IMG/VR virus record: IMGVR_UViG_3300043429_000467 | Length of the DNA stretch: 64,000 nucleotides | Direction: 5' to 3' (one strand) | Origin: a virus | Part shown: positions 48,740-57,594 of the stretch, one piece after another | Numbering within the stretch: the stretch's first letter is position 1 | Layout: the number at the start of each line of letters is the position of its first letter | Program-made: the position numbers and the translations under genes | The notes under the pieces: model-generated | Databases searched by the model: none | What the model was told of the DNA's origin: nothing | The model's input: only the letters and a program-made list of their open reading frames with translations

Positions 48740-48871
48740 AATCTTATCAAGGGGTAACACCGAGATTCTACAAGTTGTCAAGTAGTTTGTCAAGAGAAAT
48801 TTAAAAATATTGTAAATAATTAGTAACATCATGGTTTAGTTGATTGATTTGAATTACGGAACTGAGCCAAA

Positions 48872-49312
48872 ATGAAAATATTAATATTTGCTATATGTCT
48901 ATTACTATGTGGTAGTGCATATGCTACCGAATTAGTGCACGAGTTTTTTTCACCAGCCTTTTCAGGTAATGGTTATTCAACTCATATATTAACCATTGAG
49001 CAAATTGAGTCTCAGCGTAAACAAAAAATTAAAGATGAACAGAAAGCGGCTGAGACTAAAGCTGAATTAGCCGCTAAACAAACAAATCTTGCTAAGTTTT
49101 TAGTGAATGTTGAGTCTAGAATATATGCTCAATTATCTAAGCAACTTGCAGATGAAATGTTTGCCGAAGGTGGTGCTGATTCCGGTGAAATGAATTTTCA
49201 AGGAACTAACATATCATGGTACAAAACAGGAAGTGATGTAACCTTAACTATTCTTGAAGATAACGGTAATAGAACCGAAGTTACTGTGCCGATAGCAGGA
49301 TTCTCATTTTAA
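48872..49312 (+). CDS. csgF: CsgF-like curli assembly protein (secreted)
   Basis: Signal peptide, then ELVHEFFSPAFSGNGYSTHILT, which parallels the E. coli CsgF N-terminus [22 protein letters not shown]. Stop overlaps the csgG start (TAATG). Confidence 0.55.
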   Translation: MKILIFAICLLLCGSAYATELVHEFFSPAFSGNGYSTHILTIEQIESQRKQKIKDEQKAAETKAELAAKQTNLAKFLVNVESRIYAQLSKQLADEMFAEGGADSGEMNFQGTNISWYKTGSDVTLTILEDNGNRTEVTVPIAGFSF

Positions 49313-50091
49313 TGATTCGTTTATTGATACTAATATTCGTTTTGTCAGGATGTGCTAACGTTCATATGAATGCGGCAAAAGAAGAACCTGTCAAGATAGA
49401 AGCTAGAAAAAAGATTGTTGATGCTTTACCTGAATTGGATGGACCACCGATTCCTATCGCAGTGTATTCGTTCGCAGATAAGACAGGTCAAAAGAAGTCA
49501 TCAGATAATCTGGCATTGTTTAGTACCGCAGTAACGCAAGGTGCAGAAGTGTTTCTAATCAAAGCGTTACAAGATAGTAAGAATTGGTTTAAAGTAGTAG
49601 AAAGGGTGGGACTTGATAATCTTATTAAAGAAAGACAGTTGATAAGAAATCAAAGAGAAGTATATGAAGGTAAAGAAGCAAAGCCATTAAAACCAATGAT
49701 GGTTGCTGGTGTAATGATAGAAGGAGGTATCATTGGATATGATACTAACATCAGGTCAGGTGGTAATGGTGCTAGATTATTAGGTATTGGTGTTTCACAG
49801 CAATATAGAGTAGATGAAATTGTAATCTCTATTAGATTGGTGAATGTCAATTCGGGTGAAGTAATGTTAACTAACGCAGTATCCAAAACGATTTACAGTA
49901 CTCAACATAACTTAGGTATCATGAAGTTTGTTGATTCAGGTACTAAGTCGATTGAGTTTGAAAATGGAGTTGCACTTAATGAACCTACTACATTCGCAGT
50001 AAGAGTTGCGATTGAACAAGCGGTTTATGAATTGATAATAGATGGAGAAAAGAAAGGTTATTGGAAATTTAAAAAGGAAAAACAGCAATGA
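49312..50091 (+). CDS. csgG: CsgG curli secretion channel lipoprotein
   Basis: Lipobox LSGC. IPIAVYSFADKTGQ...FSTAVTQGAEVFLIKALQDS...ERVGLDNLIKERQLIR...MIEGGIIGYDTNIRSGGNGARLLGIGVSQQYRVDEIVISIRLVNVNSGEV aligns along its length with E. coli CsgG (FVSVYNIQDETGQ...FSTAVPQSATAMLVTALKDS...ERQGLQNLLNERKIIR...MVEGSIIGYESNVKSGGVGARYFGIGADTQYQLDQIAVNLRVVNVSTGEI). Confidence 0.85.
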   Translation: MIRLLILIFVLSGCANVHMNAAKEEPVKIEARKKIVDALPELDGPPIPIAVYSFADKTGQKKSSDNLALFSTAVTQGAEVFLIKALQDSKNWFKVVERVGLDNLIKERQLIRNQREVYEGKEAKPLKPMMVAGVMIEGGIIGYDTNIRSGGNGARLLGIGVSQQYRVDEIVISIRLVNVNSGEVMLTNAVSKTIYSTQHNLGIMKFVDSGTKSIEFENGVALNEPTTFAVRVAIEQAVYELIIDGEKKGYWKFKKEKQQ

Positions 50092-50675
50092 AAAAAATAG
50101 CATTAATCTTTATGATGATAATGCTTAGTAATGTATATGCCGCAGAAATTTATATTGAACAGTCAGGAAGTAGTTCTACTGTCAATATAAATCAAGAAGG
50201 TATAGGTAATATTGTAGGTGATTCACTGAATCCGCTTTATATTGGCGGTGGTTCGAATAACGTTGATATCGACCAAATCGGTGATAATAACAACCTTCAA
50301 GGTGTTGTAAATGGTGCAGGAACAGCAACCACAGTAACAACTAATGGTTCAGGTAATATTCAAATTATTAATTGTGGTACAACAACATCAGCAGGATGTT
50401 CATCATCAGTAATCAAACAAGTAGTTACTGGAAGTGATAACACTATAACTCAAGATTTAGGTACTGGTGCTAATCATAACAGTGAGATTACGATTACTGG
50501 AAGTGATAACGCAGTGACTCATACTAGCACAAATGCTGGTGCAAGTACTGTAGATATTTCAGTGAGTGGTAATCAAAATACTGTGGGAGTAACACAAAGT
50601 GGACTTACAGCGAAAACTGTATCAGTTAGTTCTACTGGTAATAGCAATAATATTACTATCAACCAGTCAGAATAG
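50088..50675 (+). CDS. Curlin-repeat (CsgA/CsgB-like) secreted amyloid subunit
   Basis: Signal peptide plus at least six imperfect repeats of the S-x5-Q-x-G-x-x-N type (TVNINQEGIGN, NVDIDQIGDNN, NTITQDLGTGAN, NTVGVTQSG, NNITINQS). Start overlaps the csgG stop. Confidence 0.65.
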   Translation: MKKIALIFMMIMLSNVYAAEIYIEQSGSSSTVNINQEGIGNIVGDSLNPLYIGGGSNNVDIDQIGDNNNLQGVVNGAGTATTVTTNGSGNIQIINCGTTTSAGCSSSVIKQVVTGSDNTITQDLGTGANHNSEITITGSDNAVTHTSTNAGASTVDISVSGNQNTVGVTQSGLTAKTVSVSSTGNSNNITINQSE

Positions 50676-51696
50676 TTATTCAGCAATCGGTAAAGTTTCA
50701 GAACAAACAGGTCCTACCGAGATTGTCCGACAAAGCAAATCAATAGAGAGTAAATTAAACTCTTCTATTGAGATGCTTGACACTGTGGTAACCGCAAAGT
50801 CTAAAGTGTTACTAACGTTCGAAGATGATACAACAGTTAAGATTACTGAACAATCTAAATTAATTATCGATGATTTTGTTTATGATAATAAAAAAGGTGC
50901 TGGTAAATTAGCATTAAAAGTTGCTTTGGGTACGGCAAGATATGCTTCAGGACAGATAGCTAAGAGTAACCCACAATCAGTTAACATACAGACACCAACA
51001 GCAACAATTGCAGTTCGTGGTACTGATTTTAGTATGACTGTAGATGAATTAGGTAGAAGTTTGGTGATGCTTTTACCTTCTTGTGATAAGAAAGCGTGTG
51101 TAACAGGTGCTATTGAAGTGAGTACCGATGCAGGTTCTGTTTTTATGAATCAAGCATATCAAACAACTGTAGTTGCTACACGAGACCAAGCACCAACTAA
51201 GCCTGTGATTGTTAATATAGACCAGGCAAATATTAATAACTTGTTGATTGTTGCACCTCCAAAACAAGTAGAAGAACAAAAGATACAGCAAGATAATAAA
51301 ACTGTATTAGATTATAACTTTTTAGATAGAGATTTATTAGAGTATAACAAACTAGATGAAGATGAATTAAAAAGGTTTAGTTTACTTGATATGAATTTTT
51401 TATCTTTTGATTTGTTACCAAATATTTTGGATGAATCGAATAGGTCATTAGCGGCAAGTCAAGAAGCAATGCTAGAAGAAAAAACTTTGCTTCCTGGATA
51501 TAATGAAGCATCAGGATTGAAATATGGTATAGATGAAAATGGTAAGTTGATTTTAACAAAGATTGCTAATCATACTGCACAAGTGACAGTTGATAAAGAG
51601 CATGATGTGATTGTTAGTATTACGCAGGATAGTTCACCACTGATACAAAAAGTGAATGGTGGTGGAACAACAACAATTAACATTAATCAGAAATAG
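50599..51696 (+). CDS. Secreted FecR-domain-like protein (365 aa)
   Basis: Signal peptide MDLQRKLYQLVLLVIAIILLSTSQNSYSA. Central TPTATIAVRGTDFSMTVDE resembles FecR/DUF4974-type beta-sandwich domains. 5' end overlaps the curlin gene by 77 nt in another frame. Confidence 0.4.
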   Translation: MDLQRKLYQLVLLVIAIILLSTSQNSYSAIGKVSEQTGPTEIVRQSKSIESKLNSSIEMLDTVVTAKSKVLLTFEDDTTVKITEQSKLIIDDFVYDNKKGAGKLALKVALGTARYASGQIAKSNPQSVNIQTPTATIAVRGTDFSMTVDELGRSLVMLLPSCDKKACVTGAIEVSTDAGSVFMNQAYQTTVVATRDQAPTKPVIVNIDQANINNLLIVAPPKQVEEQKIQQDNKTVLDYNFLDRDLLEYNKLDEDELKRFSLLDMNFLSFDLLPNILDESNRSLAASQEAMLEEKTLLPGYNEASGLKYGIDENGKLILTKIANHTAQVTVDKEHDVIVSITQDSSPLIQKVNGGGTTTININQK

Positions 51697-51704
51697 GAGT
51701 AAAA

Positions 51705-53699
51705 ATGCTAAAGCAATCTTTATTAACAGTGGCATTAATCGGTGTGTTTGGTACAGTTCAATCAGCACCTTTAGTATTAGAAGGCGATTACATCAAAATT
51801 GGTGTAAACGAAGTAGGTACATTAGGTTCTAATGGTAATACATCACCTGGTGTTCTATATGATAACACCGGCACAGGAACATTCAACACAGCATATGACT
51901 ACTTAACTCCTGGTTCACCATTCGAAGGATGGACTGTTCAATATAATGGAACAGAATCAGTGATGAATAACAATGCTCAATGGTCATCACCACAAATGAC
52001 AGGTACACTAACAAGTTACAATGGTGTTGCTTACAATGGTACAACATTCGACAATCGAGCAGTTTGGGAAGGTACTTCAGTAAACTTTGATTTGTTACAT
52101 GATGTTCGCTTCAATGATAATCAAAAGTTTGTGGATATTACATCAATATTGACAGCTAAAGTTGCAATGACTGATTTATACTTCGCAAGATATACAGACC
52201 CTGACGCACGTGCGGCCGCTGGTGACAGTTCTGCTACAACAAACACATTAGGATTCTCACCTATTCCAGTAACTCAAGTTGTATTTTCTGAAGCTTTAGT
52301 ATCTAGATATGCACTTGGTTTATACTCAGCGGCACCTAACGTAGGCGCAGGTGTTAGTTCAGGTTGGTCAACAGACGCAACAACATATTACACCGGTGCA
52401 AATGATGGTAATGGTGACTATACGATAGGTTTAGGCTTCCACGTACCAACAGTAGCAATTGGTGACATCGTTACCTTTAATTATGCATACATCTTTGGAC
52501 CTAGCACATTATCTGCTGGTTCTACTGCTGTTACTTCAGGTGCTGGTGGTGGCGTTCCTGGTGAAGTTCCTGGTTGTGTGTCTGATTGTACATTACCACC
52601 TGACCCTAGTTCAACTCCTACATTAGTATCAACAGACGTTGAGTTATCTAGTGTATCTGTAGTTCATAGAGGTGATACTGATACTGCAATCGAATACGAC
52701 TATGCAACATCAAAAGGTTCTAAAGTATTAGCTGTAAATCAAACTACAACTACAACTTTAACAACTCCAGTAACAACTACAGTAGCTTCTACTTCAACTA
52801 CAGTTGAAACATATAGTGATTCATCAGTAGTTCGTACAGTTGGTGCAACTACAACGACATCAAGTACAGTTAATGACGTAACAGAATCAGAATATGATAC
52901 TGCATTCTCAACAAGAATTGACCAATTTGATAGATTGTCAGCATCAAATGAAATGTACAATAGACAGTTAAATAGTAATATCATGGATAGATTTGTAGCA
53001 GGTCAAACTGGTGCTTATTTAAACATCGATAGTCAAACTAGCAATACACAAGATACCTATAAACAAAAAGCAAATCGTTTTGGTGTTGGAGTAGACAAGT
53101 CTATTACTGATAATTTGAATGTAGGTTTTCAATACAATAACATTTCATCAAGATTATCTGGAACTAATGCAGGTGGACGTTTAGATAAAAATCATGTTGG
53201 TGCATATGCTGTATACACTAAAAACAATTGGGTGTTTGTAAACGATATTGGTTTCTCATATAACGATTACAAAACAAATCACAGTTTACCTGAATTGAAT
53301 GCAACAAATAGTTCAAGTGCTAATGGATATGACTTATGGGTTAGCGGTAGAGCATATACTCCATCACTAAAAGGATTCAGACCATATGCTGGTATTAGAA
53401 TTGAAAACAACAACTTAGATTCAGCTAAAGATAAAGGTACTGAATTGACTGCTGTTAGTTATAGTAAAATTAATTCAACAAATACAACAGGTGAATATGG
53501 TATCAGATACGATTATCAATACAAAAAAGTTAACTTGTTAGCTGAAGTTGGTTCTAATTCTGATAATATCAAACTATACAAAGCAGGTATTAACTTTATT
53601 CCAAATGAAAAAGTTATTGGTGGTGTATCATTTACGCAACAAGAATATGATAATATCAAGAATGATGTGATTTCAGCTAATATAAAAGTTAATTTCTAA
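51705..53699 (+). CDS. Autotransporter-like outer-membrane protein (passenger, Thr-rich linker, C-terminal beta-barrel)
   Basis: Signal peptide; Thr-rich linker TTTTLTTPVTTTVASTSTT; C-terminal alternating-hydrophobic strands ending ...ISANIKVNF (aromatic terminal residue typical of OMP barrels). Confidence 0.5.
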   Translation: MLKQSLLTVALIGVFGTVQSAPLVLEGDYIKIGVNEVGTLGSNGNTSPGVLYDNTGTGTFNTAYDYLTPGSPFEGWTVQYNGTESVMNNNAQWSSPQMTGTLTSYNGVAYNGTTFDNRAVWEGTSVNFDLLHDVRFNDNQKFVDITSILTAKVAMTDLYFARYTDPDARAAAGDSSATTNTLGFSPIPVTQVVFSEALVSRYALGLYSAAPNVGAGVSSGWSTDATTYYTGANDGNGDYTIGLGFHVPTVAIGDIVTFNYAYIFGPSTLSAGSTAVTSGAGGGVPGEVPGCVSDCTLPPDPSSTPTLVSTDVELSSVSVVHRGDTDTAIEYDYATSKGSKVLAVNQTTTTTLTTPVTTTVASTSTTVETYSDSSVVRTVGATTTTSSTVNDVTESEYDTAFSTRIDQFDRLSASNEMYNRQLNSNIMDRFVAGQTGAYLNIDSQTSNTQDTYKQKANRFGVGVDKSITDNLNVGFQYNNISSRLSGTNAGGRLDKNHVGAYAVYTKNNWVFVNDIGFSYNDYKTNHSLPELNATNSSSANGYDLWVSGRAYTPSLKGFRPYAGIRIENNNLDSAKDKGTELTAVSYSKINSTNTTGEYGIRYDYQYKKVNLLAEVGSNSDNIKLYKAGINFIPNEKVIGGVSFTQQEYDNIKNDVISANIKVNF

Positions 53700-53723
53700 T
53701 TTTTAACGACTAAATAAGTAATC

Positions 53724-55742
53724 ATGAAAAAATTACTTAATCCATGGTTAGCGTTAATAACGTTAACTTTATTAGTAGTAATCAGATTGGCAGACTTCAG
53801 TTTTATCGAGTCTGTCAGATTGCGATATTTTGACACATTAATTACAAGTGAATCTGTAAAGGTTTCTGAACAAATTCACGTTGTAAATATAGATGATAAG
53901 TCCATAGAAAAGTATGGACAATTTCCGTTTCCTAGAGGTGATTATGCGAGCATTATTGATTCTTTGTATGACCGTGGCGCTGGGCTGGTTGTTTTTAACT
54001 TGTTTCTACCTGATAGTGATAGGTTTGGACAAGATGGTAGACTTACTTCTACCCTTAACAAACACCCTGTAGTATTCCCACAAGCTGGTTCTACTGATAA
54101 ACAAAAAGCTATACCATTTAGACCTGGTGTTTCTGAGATTGGAACACCAGCTTCTAATTTTGCAGTATCTTATCCAAGTATTTTAACTAACATAAAACAA
54201 ATTAATGAAAATGCCGCTGGCATTGGAGTAGTGAATGTATTACCTGAAATTGATGGTGTTGTCCGTCGTGTACCTATGGTCGTCTCAAGCAATGGCGTAT
54301 TGTTTCCCTCAATCACACTTGAAACTTTGCGAGTTGCTTCCGGAGACCCAAGTTTCCAAGTCAAGTCAACAGATTACGGTATCGAGGCCGTCAGAATACC
54401 TAGCTTCAGAAAAGTTGAAACTGACTCTTTCGGACGAGTTTGGATTGACTGGTCCACTAAGCCTACCGAACACAGTCTTGTTGATTTACCCAAGTCCTTT
54501 GATGGGACAATCGTCATTGTTGGACTCAGTGCTAAAGGACTCAACAATCCTGTCGCAACAGCAAGAGGAGAGGTCTATCCGCATTATTTACAGGCAAGCG
54601 TTCTAGATACACTTGTATCAGGTAAAAATATTAGTAGACCTGACTGGTCAAATGGTGTAGAATTATTATTGACAGTTATTCTGTCTGTGATATCTATATT
54701 ATTAACTAGGTGGAAATATGGCTTTATTGCTTTTCTTGCTATCATTGCTGGTGTTGTGGGTGCTTCTAAAGGTGCTTTTGTTTACTATTCGTATCTTCTT
54801 GATTGTATTTTTCCTGTGTTTTGCTTGGGTATTGTTTATTTACATGTGTATACAGTTAAGTTCGTAAGCGAATTAAATCAAAAACTTCAAATCAAAAAAC
54901 AATTTGGCACATATCTGTCGCCAGCACTTGTTGAAAAACTTCAAAAGAATCCTGAATTATTAAGACTTGGTGGTGAGTCTCGTGAACTATCTATTATGTT
55001 CACCGATGTTAGAGGCTTCACTACAATCTCAGAACACTATGGTAAAGATGTTCAAGGATTAACTCAAATTATGAATCGCTACATGACAGCGATGACCGCA
55101 AAGATTATTGAGAACAACGGAACACTGGATAAATACATTGGTGATGCTCAGATGGCTTTCTGGAATGCACCACTTGATGAGCCTAACCACGCTAAATTGG
55201 CATTGAAAACGGCTCTAGAAATGATGGAGAGTTTAGATGCGTTTAATAAAGAGATTCAAAAAGAGGGTATTCCGGCGTTTGGTATGGGACTCGGGATTAA
55301 TACTGGCACTGTTGTCGTTGGTAATATGGGTTCTAGCCAACGCTTTGATTACACCTGCTTAGGTGATGCTGTTAACTTAGCGTCACGTTTAGAAGGACAA
55401 TCGAAACCTTATGGTGTTAAAATCATATTAGGTTCGTTAACTGCTGAACAAGTTAAAGATGAATATCCAGTTGTTGAGTTAGATTGTATTGCTGTTAAAG
55501 GTAAAACAGAAGGTGTTAAGATTTATACTCCTTGTGTTTATCAAGAAGAGCATTATAAGTTACACAAAAAATATCTAAAATCATACTATGATGGTATTTG
55601 GGATTCAGCAATTTTCTTTGCTAAAGATTTAGAGATTAATGGTCCTACAGAATTACGTCAATATTATCATAACATGATAGAGAGAATGCTTGAAGGTAAA
55701 CCTGAAGATTGGGATGGTACGTATAGAGCAACTAGCAAGTAA
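53724..55742 (+). CDS. CHASE2 sensor-domain class III adenylate/guanylate cyclase (membrane-bound)
   Basis: N-terminal TM, periplasmic CHASE2-like region, 3-4 TM helices, then a cyclase homology domain (FTDVRGFTTISE...KYIGDAQMAFWNAP...GINTGTVVVGNMGS...YTCLGDAVNLASRLE) with both metal-binding Asp residues. Confidence 0.8.
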   Translation: MKKLLNPWLALITLTLLVVIRLADFSFIESVRLRYFDTLITSESVKVSEQIHVVNIDDKSIEKYGQFPFPRGDYASIIDSLYDRGAGLVVFNLFLPDSDRFGQDGRLTSTLNKHPVVFPQAGSTDKQKAIPFRPGVSEIGTPASNFAVSYPSILTNIKQINENAAGIGVVNVLPEIDGVVRRVPMVVSSNGVLFPSITLETLRVASGDPSFQVKSTDYGIEAVRIPSFRKVETDSFGRVWIDWSTKPTEHSLVDLPKSFDGTIVIVGLSAKGLNNPVATARGEVYPHYLQASVLDTLVSGKNISRPDWSNGVELLLTVILSVISILLTRWKYGFIAFLAIIAGVVGASKGAFVYYSYLLDCIFPVFCLGIVYLHVYTVKFVSELNQKLQIKKQFGTYLSPALVEKLQKNPELLRLGGESRELSIMFTDVRGFTTISEHYGKDVQGLTQIMNRYMTAMTAKIIENNGTLDKYIGDAQMAFWNAPLDEPNHAKLALKTALEMMESLDAFNKEIQKEGIPAFGMGLGINTGTVVVGNMGSSQRFDYTCLGDAVNLASRLEGQSKPYGVKIILGSLTAEQVKDEYPVVELDCIAVKGKTEGVKIYTPCVYQEEHYKLHKKYLKSYYDGIWDSAIFFAKDLEINGPTELRQYYHNMIERMLEGKPEDWDGTYRATSK

Positions 55743-55790
55743 TTTGCATATCACGCAAATTTAAATATGATTTTTTGCGTCAAGTGCAAA

Positions 55791-56042
55791 TTACTTGTCA
55801 TATCTTGAGTTATATATATTATGGTGGTCATCATAATTTTTTCTATATTCAAACTCTTTATCAGTCAAACAAAATTTACCTTGTTTTATTTCAGATAGAT
55901 ATTTTTTTAATCTTTTTTGTCTGTCATCAATTATAAATTTAGCCATACCTTGTTCTTGAAACATATTTATTTGATTAATTGAATTTTTAATATCAAATAG
56001 TATTTCTTCTTTATATCGAAGAGGTTTCTTTCTATATTCCAT
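55791..56042 (-). CDS. Small hypothetical protein (83 aa)
   Basis: Intact ORF. Confidence 0.25.
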   Translation of the reverse strand: MEYRKKPLRYKEEILFDIKNSINQINMFQEQGMAKFIIDDRQKRLKKYLSEIKQGKFCLTDKEFEYRKNYDDHHNIYNSRYDK

Positions 56043-56056
56043 TATAATATCTCACT

Positions 56057-56251
56057 CTATAAAAACTCGTATTTAAAACACTTGACACATAATGCACCAA
56101 ATGCAGGACCACTTATAGCACTGATAGTCTCTTTACAATTAGAACAATGAATGAAAGCTTGAGTATATATCATACCAGATTTAGGTTCAAGTATTTCTGT
56201 ACCGTCAGTATAATATCCTATTACTTTATCTTTTTCAGTATTGACAGACAT
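56057..56251 (-). CDS. Small Cys-containing hypothetical protein (64 aa)
   Basis: CSNC...C..C pattern. Confidence 0.25.
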   Translation of the reverse strand: MSVNTEKDKVIGYYTDGTEILEPKSGMIYTQAFIHCSNCKETISAISGPAFGALCVKCFKYEFL

Positions 56252-56274
56252 ATTAATCTTTCAATTGGTGGGCC

Positions 56275-56352
56275 CCGTGGGATTCGAACCCACTGTCTAT
56301 CGGTTATGAGCCGATTGCTTATACCAGATTTAAGCTTGAGGCCCGAATATGG
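56275..56352 (-). tRNA. tRNA-Met or Ile2 (anticodon CAU)
   Basis: Hand-folded cloverleaf: CCA encoded; T-arm GTGGG/attcgaa/CCCAC on the plus strand; anticodon loop ctCATaa. Confidence 0.6.
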
Positions 56353-56358
56353 AGCGTC

Positions 56359-56433
56359 CTGCGGGAATCGAACCCGCCTCTTCAGCTTGGAAGGCTGTAA
56401 TAATACCACTATACCAAGAACGCATAACGGATG
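56359..56433 (-). tRNA. tRNA-Gly (UCC)
   Basis: Cloverleaf with T-arm GCGGG/aatcgaa/CCCGC; anticodon loop ctTCCaa. Confidence 0.6.
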
Positions 56434-56700
56434 AAAAAGCAAGTAAAAGACGGGACAATGTACATTAGAAGGGCTATGCCACTAAACTCTAAGACAATCA
56501 ACAAACCACAATAATCAAAACCTGCATATTAGTTAGAAACAAAACACAAAGTCGTCGTTTATAATACTAACACACGCAGAACGATTTCAGGTCGTTTTGG
56601 ATTTGGCGTCCATACTGGAGAGAAATTAATCTCATCTTAGTCAATTCTCATCTCTTTTTCATGCCGAGTAGATTTTTTGAAGAAAACCTACCAGAAAAAC

Positions 56701-57267
56701 TTAAAGAATACCTGCTTTAGTTAGTGTTTCCACTACGTTATCAGGTAACTCAATCTCAGTCTTAATATTCAATTCAAGAATCTTATCTTGAATTTTTTGC
56801 TTCTCTTTTTTGAATGTAGAAACATTCTTTTTAGCAATAGAAATATTACCTTCAGTACATACGGTAGTAGTTACTTCATCGGCTCTACCATATACACTTC
56901 TAGTAGTATCTGTATTGTTTTTAATCTTATCAAGCTTACCTTCGACAATATTAATAGCTGTCGCTGGTGCTGAAGTTGCTATGTTTTGATGTAGATGAAT
57001 AGTCTTTTCAATCAATGCAACATCACTTAACAAATCATTAATTTGATTTGCGTTTGCTTTACCAACTAGTTTTCTAATCGTATACAAACTAACATACAAA
57101 TCATTATTTACCTCAAAAGCTGTTAAATAATCTTTGTTTGCTTTATCAAACTTTTCAGATACATTTTCAAACTCATTGAATGTAACCATATTGTTTAGCT
57201 GATTATTCTTAATAGTATCAAGAATAGTTTGTTGTAATGCATTTGCTTTTCTAAGCGTAATTTTCAT
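56701..57267 (-). CDS. Hypothetical protein (188 aa) inside the tRNA region
   Basis: Intact ORF; predicted helical/coiled. Confidence 0.3.
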   Translation of the reverse strand: MKITLRKANALQQTILDTIKNNQLNNMVTFNEFENVSEKFDKANKDYLTAFEVNNDLYVSLYTIRKLVGKANANQINDLLSDVALIEKTIHLHQNIATSAPATAINIVEGKLDKIKNNTDTTRSVYGRADEVTTTVCTEGNISIAKKNVSTFKKEKQKIQDKILELNIKTEIELPDNVVETLTKAGIL

Positions 57268-57275
57268 AATAACTC

Positions 57276-57461
57276 CTAATGTGCTAAAATCTTAAAGCAC
57301 TTAAATTTAATAACTTTTGTTGTACCTGAAGCCATCTTCTTAGCTTCTTCACCTGCGGCAACACATTCTTGTTGTGAAAAGAAACCTGGTACATTAGTTA
57401 ATGCCATCGAATCAGTATCACTCATCATACCTGCATGTGCAAACAATAATAAAACCCACAT
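57276..57461 (-). CDS. Small secreted hypothetical protein (61 aa)
   Basis: Signal-peptide-like N-terminus. Confidence 0.25.
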   Translation of the reverse strand: MWVLLLFAHAGMMSDTDSMALTNVPGFFSQQECVAAGEEAKKMASGTTKVIKFKCFKILAH

Positions 57462-57483
57462 AATAAATCTCCAATAATAAGAA

Positions 57484-57559
57484 TGGTGTCCCCGGAGAGA
57501 ATCGAACTCCCGTATAATGCTTTAGAAGAGCACTGCGTCATCCACTACGCTACGAGGAC
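57484..57559 (-). tRNA. tRNA-Arg (UCU)
   Basis: Cloverleaf folded by hand; anticodon loop ctTCTaa. Confidence 0.55.
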
Positions 57560-57594
57560 ATTTGAAAGCATATTACTATACTTTACTTTAAATG

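Noticed and set aside
56147-56442. Track ORFs 56147-56434 (+) and 56221-56442 (-)
   Set aside because: They overlap the tRNA-Met/Ile and tRNA-Gly genes; no coding signal.
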